24,000 nucleotides of DNA from Cyclobacteriaceae bacterium (GTDB taxonomy: Bacteria > Bacteroidota > Bacteroidia > Cytophagales > Cyclobacteriaceae): the NCBI GenBank assembly GCA_016787755.1, contig JAEUUA010000023.1:88613-112612 (forward strand). The letters are read 5' to 3'. The position numbers and the translations under genes were made by a program. Below, one piece after another: positions 16,283 through 23,151 of this stretch. Positions within the stretch are counted from its first letter, which is position 1. Each line of letters starts with the position of its first letter. Under the pieces are notes generated by a model. The model worked only from the letters and a program-made list of their open reading frames with translations. It was not told the DNA's origin and made no database searches.

Positions 16283-16975
16283 ATGAATAAGTTTTTATTT
16301 TTTAATCTCTTCCTTCTCATCTCTGGGATAGCTTGTTGTCAAACTGTGACCGTAAATAAACAAAACGAAAAAGTAAAAGGAGAAACGATTGAGGTTTTTA
16401 CGGTTTCATTGGAAGGCAAAAAAGAAGATATCAAGTCGGCCTGGATCAAGTTTTTAAAAGAAACGGGGAAATTAAGGCAATTGGGTAGCCCCATGACTGT
16501 TTCGGAACCGGTGATTAGCGGAACCCCATTTAGCAAGGGCGTTTTGTATGCAGGCAGTTACGAGGGAGATAAGATTTCAACTGTGTGGATGGGAATTAAC
16601 CCCAAAGAATGGGAAGATAAGGATGTTACGTATGCAAACCGGGAGACACAAAAAATGATGAATCAATTTGGAATTAAATTTTACCGCGACCAGGTGCAGA
16701 TTCAAATTGACGAAACACAACAGGCACTGGATGCGGTAGCTAAACAACAACAACGAACACTTAACCAAAACAAAGACTTAACGATTAAACTCAGCAACAA
16801 CGAACAGGAAAAAACTCAGTTAGAGAAATCGTTAGAAGCAAACAAACTAGAGAATGCGGCCTTAAAAATTAAGCTTGAAAGTAATAAAAAGGCACAAGAT
16901 TCTTTGCTTCGCTCCACTGATCAAATAAAAAAGATAATGGAGTTGCACAAAGAAAAACAACGGAAGATTAATTAA
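16283..16975 (+). CDS. secreted hypothetical protein with a C-terminal coiled coil
   Basis: The start was moved from the track's 16199 to the ATG at 16283, which gives a clean signal peptide (MNKFLFFNLFLLISGIACCQT) and removes the overlap with the divergent gene. The C-terminal ~100 aa are Q/N/K/E/L-rich heptad-like sequence (QQALDAVAKQQQRTLNQNKDLTIKLSNNEQEKTQLEKSLEANKLENAALKIKLESNKK). Confidence 0.6.
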   Translation: MNKFLFFNLFLLISGIACCQTVTVNKQNEKVKGETIEVFTVSLEGKKEDIKSAWIKFLKETGKLRQLGSPMTVSEPVISGTPFSKGVLYAGSYEGDKISTVWMGINPKEWEDKDVTYANRETQKMMNQFGIKFYRDQVQIQIDETQQALDAVAKQQQRTLNQNKDLTIKLSNNEQEKTQLEKSLEANKLENAALKIKLESNKKAQDSLLRSTDQIKKIMELHKEKQRKIN

Positions 16976-17537
16976 TCTGTATGGAATCAAAAACATGATC
17001 TTTCCAACGTCTCAATTTTTTATCGAAGGTGAATCGGTCATCGGGAAATTCAATATACTTATCCCCTGCGTTGATAGAATAAAAAAGGGTAAGATCTTCT
17101 CCATTTATCATTCGGCTGTACAAAAAACCACCGCGCTCCACTAAGTCATTAAATGGCATTTTCCAGGTTCTGAAAACTTCATCATACACGATCAGCGAAT
17201 CATTTTCATCGAGTTTAAACCTTCCCCCAATGCCCTCAAACATAGGTGTTATGCTTTTGGCAGGCCGGGAAATTAAAAAGGCGTAAGATCCATCCTTGCT
17301 TTTAGATAAATTAATAAAACTATAATCTGCTGCTGCTCTTTTATAATAGCTATCAAAGGTGGTATCAAATTTATTGTCATGATTGCTGGTTGGCGGCAAT
17401 TTGGCTGAGTACCGAATTGATTTAAACAAGATCTCCGCCTGCCGATTTGGATCAAGGGAATACGATGGATCATGATTGCCTTTTGAGTGACACTGCATAC
17501 AGACAATTACTAGCATAATAAAATAAGACCTCTTCAT
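16968..17537 (-). CDS. hypothetical protein (189 aa) with an N-terminal hydrophobic signal, last gene of the receptor/lipoprotein locus
   Basis: ATG-initiated ORF with the N-terminus MKRSYFIMLVIVCMQC. I recognise no motif. Confidence 0.55.
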   Translation of the reverse strand: MKRSYFIMLVIVCMQCHSKGNHDPSYSLDPNRQAEILFKSIRYSAKLPPTSNHDNKFDTTFDSYYKRAAADYSFINLSKSKDGSYAFLISRPAKSITPMFEGIGGRFKLDENDSLIVYDEVFRTWKMPFNDLVERGGFLYSRMINGEDLTLFYSINAGDKYIEFPDDRFTFDKKLRRWKDHVFDSIQIN

Positions 17538-17554
17538 ACAACAATTTAATAAGG

Positions 17555-17578
17555 AGCCCCTCGCACATGCGAAGGGCT
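17555..17578 (-). terminator. stable intercistronic hairpin downstream of the lipoprotein gene
   Basis: On the minus-strand RNA, AGCCCUUCGC-augu-GCGAGGGGCU forms a 10-bp stem with one G.U pair. It lies 10 nt after the stop at 17589 and 17 nt before the ATG at 17537. The U tract that follows is weak (CCUUAUUAAAUU), so it may attenuate transcription or stabilise the RNA rather than terminate fully. Confidence 0.4.
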
Positions 17579-17588
17579 TTAAGAATTC

Positions 17589-19238
17589 CTAATATTGAGT
17601 GTTAATAGGATCAAAATTCGTCCAACCTGCCATCCAATTGGTAGTTGCATCAAATGCACCAATGTATTGAGTTTGGATTAACCCTGTAGGAACGACTACA
17701 GCACCTGTCAACAGGGGTGATCCTGTTGCCAACAAACCGTTTGGTGTTGCAATATTCATGGCCCCGGTCATACCAGCAAACTTAGCCGAAAGATCTACCG
17801 TTGATTGCGTTGCCTCTATCGCTGCATTATCGGTAGTGAAGGTAGCATCGCTGTACCCATTCGTTACATCGGTGGTTTTCAAAGAACCAACTGTGCGTCC
17901 TAAATAGTTTCCCTTAAAAATTGCTGCGACATTTGTTTTATCAAAGAATACACCGTTATTTCTCCCCCAGCCTACAATAGCTGTATTGTAAATTTGAAGA
18001 GCCGAATTTCTTCGGATATGACCACCATTTTGATAGTTAGCACTGGCATTGTTCGTACTCAAATTACCTCCACTTAGGTTCGCAAAAACATACGGGCCGA
18101 AAATTGTAACATTAGAAAATTTGGCTGCTGTTAATGGCGTTTTGGTTGATCCACTACCATCGTTATCAGATTCAAATCCATTTGAACCTGACTTATCTGC
18201 GATGTTAGGATCACGGAACGAAGCAAGAAACTGGCTGTTTCCACGGAACCCAAAATCAGTATCGAATTCGTCATCCCAACCTCTGTAGGCAACTAGGTAT
18301 TGAGTGTTTATCGTTCCACCAAACCATTCAAATGAATCATCCCCAGAAAAAGATACCTGAATGTGGTGCACTTGAGTTGCGCTACCAACGCTACCCAATG
18401 TTAATCCGTTCAACTCATTATCTGTTGATAGTGCAATTCCAGCAAACTCGATGCGGGCATAGTAGAATTCACCTGAATTATCATCATCGGCAGTACCCCC
18501 ATATTTTCCATTATCACCCGTAGCTGCCGAAATCCCTTCAATTGTTTGATCGGCAGATTGATTGTTCACGGCTTTTCCCAAAAGAACTACACCACCCCAA
18601 TCGCCATAATTACGAAAACCCTTTGGGGCAGATGATGTAAAGATGATTGGCGCAGCCACTGTTCCCTTTGCATGGATTTTAGCTCCCCGACTAATGATCA
18701 AAGCACCTTTCGTTACTTTATCACCAAAAATAATTGTTCCCGGATCGATGGTAAGTTCTGCCCCGGCTTGAACATACACATTCCCTTTTAACAAGTAATA
18801 CTTGTTCGCTGACCATGTTGTGTTAGATGTAATCGTTGCATCCACGATTACGGTTTCTTTTCCTATCGTTAGCATGATTTCAGTAGAACCGGTCCTGGGG
18901 GTAGCTTGCTTATCAGTAATTGTAAATACAAGATTGCCGGTAGTGGCGCCTGCGGGCACTGTATAGTCGAATGTAAATGCATCTGCTTTTGTAAGTGTTG
19001 TGTAGGATTTGATTTCCGTGTCACCAACTTTAACAAAAGCCGCTCCTCCTTCGGCCACAATAGCCACAGAAAAAGTAATTTTACCACCAGGAGCCTGGGT
19101 AGCTGTGCTTGGCGTTACTGTAATGGTAGGATCAGCAAATACTGGGTTCTCATCGTCTTTACATGATGAGAAAGTAAACAGTGCTACTACTATTCCTGGG
19201 ACGAACATTCTAACAATGTTGTTTTTGAGTTCTTTCAT
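17589..19238 (-). CDS. surface lipoprotein, Ig-like N-terminal domain plus probable right-handed beta-helix, partner of the adjacent TonB-dependent receptor
   Basis: 549 aa. Lipobox FTFSSC with Cys at aa 26. An Ig-like region spans aa ~35-125. This is followed by T..NTTWSANKYYLLKGNVYVQAGAELTIDPGTIIFG...LIISRGAKIHAKGT...PIIFTS, a pattern typical of beta-helix lipoproteins. Acidic motifs are GDDSFEW, WDDEFDTDF and NGFESDNDG. Confidence 0.7.
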   Translation of the reverse strand: MKELKNNIVRMFVPGIVVALFTFSSCKDDENPVFADPTITVTPSTATQAPGGKITFSVAIVAEGGAAFVKVGDTEIKSYTTLTKADAFTFDYTVPAGATTGNLVFTITDKQATPRTGSTEIMLTIGKETVIVDATITSNTTWSANKYYLLKGNVYVQAGAELTIDPGTIIFGDKVTKGALIISRGAKIHAKGTVAAPIIFTSSAPKGFRNYGDWGGVVLLGKAVNNQSADQTIEGISAATGDNGKYGGTADDDNSGEFYYARIEFAGIALSTDNELNGLTLGSVGSATQVHHIQVSFSGDDSFEWFGGTINTQYLVAYRGWDDEFDTDFGFRGNSQFLASFRDPNIADKSGSNGFESDNDGSGSTKTPLTAAKFSNVTIFGPYVFANLSGGNLSTNNASANYQNGGHIRRNSALQIYNTAIVGWGRNNGVFFDKTNVAAIFKGNYLGRTVGSLKTTDVTNGYSDATFTTDNAAIEATQSTVDLSAKFAGMTGAMNIATPNGLLATGSPLLTGAVVVPTGLIQTQYIGAFDATTNWMAGWTNFDPINTQY

Positions 19239-19274
19239 GTGTCGGATAAATTAATTGAGTTTTAAAATTTGATA

Positions 19275-19282
19275 CAAACTTA
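19275..19282 (-). promoter_or_regulatory. candidate -7 box TAAGTTTG (minus strand) for the lipoprotein gene
   Basis: The plus-strand CAAACTTA is the reverse complement of TAAGTTTG, a perfect TAnnTTTG match 36 nt upstream of the ATG at 19238. I see no clear -33 TTTG. Confidence 0.3.
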
Positions 19283-19361
19283 AGTTGGATGTATTACGGG
19301 AACATTAATCAGGTATTAGGTCTCATTTAATTATTCGATCTCGAAAAGTGATGCAACGCAA

Positions 19362-19386
19362 AAAGAGTGCAGTGTCTGCGCTCTTT
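19362..19386 (-). terminator. terminator-like hairpin downstream of the TonB-dependent receptor gene
   Basis: On the minus-strand RNA, AAAGAGCGCAG-aca-CUGCACUCUUU forms an 11-position stem with one A.C mismatch and runs into UUGCGUU. It lies 26 nt after the stop at 19412. Confidence 0.5.
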
Positions 19387-19411
19387 AAATTTTTATTGGT
19401 GTAACAATCAC

Positions 19412-22237
19412 TTAAAACTTCCAAACGATACCCAGTGTGGAGTATTGACCCGTTCGGAAAGTTTGGATGGGCTCATCCACCTGTGTGATTTTTTTATCAC
19501 GGTTCGAGTCCTGAACCAGGCGATAACGCTGATTAAGCAGGTCCTGAATGCCAAACTTTAACTCGAAGTGTTGGCTTACTGTTTTTGTAATCGTTAGGTC
19601 AATTTGATTCCTTGCCATTTCATATTGCGATGGATTCAAATCCTTATCTCCCACAGCATAAATACGCTTTCCAAATACATTGTATTGCACGCTCATTTGC
19701 AATCCGTGTGAAAAGTCATTGTAGTAGAGACTTGTATTAACCACATAGGGTGATTGACCTTGCATAGCGCGATCCATATCGAGGTTATCCAAGCTGGCCG
19801 GTAATTCAATTTTACTTTTAATAAGTGCTCCATTGAAAACGAAGGTGAGCTTATTCATGAAATTACTTCCAGTCGCTCCCTCGAGCGACTTTCTCAATTC
19901 TGCTTCTACTCCATAATTAGTCGCCTGGTCTGCATTGGTGTAACCATACCGAAGGTTTGATCCGGGTGATAAATATTGCTCGATTGGATTTTTGAAATGC
20001 TTATAAAATACTCCCAAAGAAATAAATTCTGCATTGGATGGATACATTTCCCAACGCAAATCAATATTATCAATCTGCGCTGTTTTTAAATCGGGGTTAC
20101 CTACAATATCTGCGTTGCGATCAAAATCATAATAGTTAAACGGTGCTAACTCACGAAATACTGGTCGGTTTACTGTCTTACTATAAGCAATGCGAACCAA
20201 CATTTTTTCAGTCATATTATACGATAAGTTAAAGAAGGGCATAGGCACCGTAACCGGGCTATCGGTAACTCTCTTCTTTAATCCATTAGGATCATACACA
20301 TCAATTTGTTGCACGTTGTTTTCAACTCGCATTCCGGCAGAAAGTCTAAACTTGTCAGCAAAAGGCGTAACCATGCCAACATACCCAGCAATCAGTCTGT
20401 TATTTCCGTCATACTTGTCATAAAGATCCGGACCTTCATTCGTTCCTTCTTCTAAAATAAATCTGGTTCCTAAATTTTCAGGCACAAAAAGCTGATCGAA
20501 CGAACGCAGTAGTAAACTATTATCAATCACCGATGGATTTAACCATTTGTAGGACAGCCAGCGTGCGTCAAAGGCTCTGTTTTTTTGTTCAACGTAATAG
20601 CCTGCAGTCACTTTAGTTTGTCTATTCTCCTCCATAGCGGGATTTAATTTCCATTCTATATTACCAGTGGCGGAAATTGTTTGCTCATTTAGCTCAGAAT
20701 AAAACCGACCCGCATCAAATGAACTAGCTCCCGGTGGGATTACGATTGAAAACCCGTCAGTGCTTCCAGAAGAGCGCTGAGAACGAATTCTTCTGTAATC
20801 TGGCTGATTAGCATTGGTGGTATTGTATCCAAAAATCCAGTTAACATTGATAGCGTCTGAAAGACTGTGCTTTCCGGAAAGTTGACTGCTATAAATACTG
20901 CGCTCGTTGTAATTAAAGGATTGATTTTTCACTTCGAAGCCTTGCGCGTTTTCGATACCTGTGCGAAACGTTGATTGATTTTGTCCTTGCTGGTTATAAA
21001 AGTTTCTAAACTCAATGCGATGCAGCGGGCTAAGCTCAAGTGTAAAATTACTTAAGGCGCCTATCCTGTTTGTTTGGGTAAATCTTACATCATGAAATTG
21101 ATAGCGTGCAGGACTTTTTTGAGCCGCTTCGTCAAAAAAATCGTAATAATTTTGTTCATTCTCAATCACTTGATTCGTTGTCGAGTAACTAAGTGAACTA
21201 ATGTTCTCTAATTTTTTTGTTCCCAGTTTTCCCACACGAGCCAAGTCGAAGTTCACTCTAAAATCAGGCATAGCGGTTACGGATCGCGAACCCCAAAAAT
21301 TAGGTAACAGATTTGTAGCGTTAATTAGGCTGCTGATGTTTTGATCGGATGGATTCTGTGAAAAAATTCGCAGGTTTTGCGAAGGAAATGCTGCCGGCAA
21401 CGCGCGTGTGCCATCATCTTTTCCAAACCAATCTAACGAGCCTTTCCCCTGACCCAAAGCCGCACTTTTACCGGTTGTTCCATTTCTAAAACTTCCTGAC
21501 ACCGAAAGGGACATCGCATTCTCTTCAACCATATTCTTGGTATGAATATTAACGATAGCCCCCGCCATTTCACCAGGCAATTCAGCCGATCCTGACTTAA
21601 ACACCAACATTCTATCAAGCATACTACTAGGAATTAAATCAAAGGAAAAAGCTTTTGAATCAACTTCCGTACTAGGTGCAATAATGCCATTCAGCATGAC
21701 CGTGCTATACCGTTCACTTAAGCCTCTCACATTTATAAACCGATTTCCAACAATTGTTACTCCGGGTACCCTTCGAATGACCTGAGCTGCATCCCGGTCT
21801 TGCGACATTCTGATTTGCTGAGACGAAATACCAACCGCCACTAAGTCTGCTTTCTTTAATTCGGAGATAACTGATACATCCGTATTTGTTTGTCTTTTAC
21901 CAGTAACCAATACCCCCTCTAGTTCTTGAACATCTTCCTTTAGACTACTACTAACCACTGTAGTTTGATCGGGATAAACATTAACGGCTATTGTTTTTGA
22001 TGCATATGAAATGGATGTAAGAACCAGATTATAGGTTCCCGCCTTTACTTTAGGAATAATAAAATTTCCTTCTATATCCGTGGAGGATCCCGTGCCCGTT
22101 CCTTCAATTAATATGTTGGCACCAATAAGGCCATCCCCTGTAGTTTCATCTCTGAGCGTTCCCTTAATAGTTCCTGACTGAGAGTACCCCAGTACACTCA
22201 TAAACAGGATAGGCAATACAAACTGAAAACGAATCAT
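19412..22237 (-). CDS. TonB-dependent receptor (CarboxypepD_reg, plug and beta-barrel)
   Basis: The start was moved to the ATG at 22237 (MIRFQFVLPILFMSVLGYSQS, a good signal peptide). CarboxypepD_reg segment: GTIKGTLRDETTGDGLIGANILIEGTGTGSSTDIEGNFII.KVKAGTYNLV. Plug segment: DAAQVIRRVPGVTIVGNRFINVRGLSERYSTVMLNG. The C-terminal residue is aromatic (..LGIVWKF). Confidence 0.9.
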   Translation of the reverse strand: MIRFQFVLPILFMSVLGYSQSGTIKGTLRDETTGDGLIGANILIEGTGTGSSTDIEGNFIIPKVKAGTYNLVLTSISYASKTIAVNVYPDQTTVVSSSLKEDVQELEGVLVTGKRQTNTDVSVISELKKADLVAVGISSQQIRMSQDRDAAQVIRRVPGVTIVGNRFINVRGLSERYSTVMLNGIIAPSTEVDSKAFSFDLIPSSMLDRMLVFKSGSAELPGEMAGAIVNIHTKNMVEENAMSLSVSGSFRNGTTGKSAALGQGKGSLDWFGKDDGTRALPAAFPSQNLRIFSQNPSDQNISSLINATNLLPNFWGSRSVTAMPDFRVNFDLARVGKLGTKKLENISSLSYSTTNQVIENEQNYYDFFDEAAQKSPARYQFHDVRFTQTNRIGALSNFTLELSPLHRIEFRNFYNQQGQNQSTFRTGIENAQGFEVKNQSFNYNERSIYSSQLSGKHSLSDAINVNWIFGYNTTNANQPDYRRIRSQRSSGSTDGFSIVIPPGASSFDAGRFYSELNEQTISATGNIEWKLNPAMEENRQTKVTAGYYVEQKNRAFDARWLSYKWLNPSVIDNSLLLRSFDQLFVPENLGTRFILEEGTNEGPDLYDKYDGNNRLIAGYVGMVTPFADKFRLSAGMRVENNVQQIDVYDPNGLKKRVTDSPVTVPMPFFNLSYNMTEKMLVRIAYSKTVNRPVFRELAPFNYYDFDRNADIVGNPDLKTAQIDNIDLRWEMYPSNAEFISLGVFYKHFKNPIEQYLSPGSNLRYGYTNADQATNYGVEAELRKSLEGATGSNFMNKLTFVFNGALIKSKIELPASLDNLDMDRAMQGQSPYVVNTSLYYNDFSHGLQMSVQYNVFGKRIYAVGDKDLNPSQYEMARNQIDLTITKTVSQHFELKFGIQDLLNQRYRLVQDSNRDKKITQVDEPIQTFRTGQYSTLGIVWKF

Positions 22238-22410
22238 ACTTTTTTCTTTGCTGCAAAGATGGGTAGCCAATGTTAACCCTCTTGGATGAGCGTGTTACGG
22301 AATTGTTAAAGAAGGTGTTGGAGAATCAGGGGATAACCTTTGGATAACGATAATGATTGAATAATTTCTCTAGGCTGAAGTTTTGTAGCCGTGACGTCAT
22401 GATTCATTTG

Positions 22411-22418
22411 TACTTTTG
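22411..22418 (+). promoter_or_regulatory. candidate -7 box TACTTTTG for the ArsC-like gene
   Basis: Perfect TAnnTTTG match, but it ends only 5 nt before the ATG at 22424. That would imply a near-leaderless mRNA or a misplaced call. Confidence 0.25.
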
Positions 22419-22423
22419 TCGTA

Positions 22424-23068
22424 ATGACAAAAATTCTCTTACCCCTACACAAATTGATCAATCAATGTGAAGGACAATTTTCAACACTTGCTGAAAGTCG
22501 AAAGCCGATTTTAAAGCAGCTTGCCGAGTTTATTCAGGAGAAACAGAAATTAAACGAATCGATTGATTTAAATTTTATCTGTACGCATAATTCGCGAAGA
22601 AGTCACATCGCTCAAGTGTGGGCGCAAACTGCGGCCGCGTATTATAGAATTGAGAAGGTTCGTTGCTTTTCAGGAGGAACGGAAGCTACAGCTTTTAATC
22701 CAAGAGCAGTAAAAGCGATGACCGAAGTTGGATTTATTATTACAAAGTTGGATAACTCTGAAAATCCCCGCTATGATATTCGATTCTCAGAAACAGAAAT
22801 GCCTCTTATCGCATTCTCAAAAAAATATGATGATGCTTCAAATCCAACTCAAGGTTTTGCTGCAATCATGACGTGCTCACATGCCGATGAAAACTGCCCG
22901 TTAGTTGTTGGAGCTGCTGCAAGAATTTCGCTTCCGTATGATGATCCAAAAGATTTTGACGGCACGGATCAGGAAGGTGAAAAATATCACGAACGGGTTT
23001 TGGAAATTGGACTCGAGATTGCGTTTGCTTTCTCTTTAGTTCAAGTAAGTGACAATTTGTTGCTATAA
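22424..23068 (+). CDS. low-molecular-weight phosphatase family protein, thioredoxin-coupled ArsC-type arsenate reductase-like
   Basis: 214 aa. P-loop CTHNSRRS (CX5R-S, Cys53/Arg59). Second Cys pair with C-X6-C spacing in MTCSHADENCP (Cys151/Cys158). DP motif in PYDDPKD. The protein has a ~45-aa N-terminal extension relative to ~135-aa ArsC. Confidence 0.7.
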   Translation: MTKILLPLHKLINQCEGQFSTLAESRKPILKQLAEFIQEKQKLNESIDLNFICTHNSRRSHIAQVWAQTAAAYYRIEKVRCFSGGTEATAFNPRAVKAMTEVGFIITKLDNSENPRYDIRFSETEMPLIAFSKKYDDASNPTQGFAAIMTCSHADENCPLVVGAAARISLPYDDPKDFDGTDQEGEKYHERVLEIGLEIAFAFSLVQVSDNLLL

Positions 23069-23151
23069 CAGATTAAAGATGTCCTATACTTAGTTTGCTT
23101 AGCAGAAAAAGTGTAGAACACTAACACCGTTAGAGCATTGTCAACTGTCCA

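Noticed and set aside
18906-19166. Cys-rich 86-aa ORF (..GACGHCIVECKCICFCKCCVG..) that superficially resembles a small cysteine-rich peptide.
   Set aside because: It is antisense to the Ig-like domain of the lipoprotein gene. The Cys codons are the complement of that domain's Thr/Ala-rich sequence. It has no independent start context or promoter.
19501-19511. GGTTCGAGTCC, the classic tRNA T-arm/T-loop 11-mer.
   Set aside because: It lies inside the well-supported receptor CDS. The flanks give only a 2-bp T-stem, and I could not fold an acceptor, D or anticodon arm around it.
22238-22270. 11-codon N-terminal extension of the second receptor (MATHLCSKEKS).
   Set aside because: The second Met (22237) starts a typical signal peptide, whereas the extension is hydrophilic. 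The palindrome CTTTGC-t-GCAAAG (22246-22258) inside it looks more like a 5' leader or operator sequence.
22238-22423. I searched the 186-bp divergent spacer for a riboswitch upstream of the receptor (for example a cobalamin B12 box). I also noted two GGATAAC direct repeats 11 bp apart (22331-22337 and 22342-22348) and the palindrome TGACGTCA (22393-22400).
   Set aside because: I found no B12-box-like GCCACTG core or conserved multi-stem architecture. A 7-mer repeated at short range and an 8-bp palindrome are each expected by chance once or more across the intergenic DNA of a window this size.
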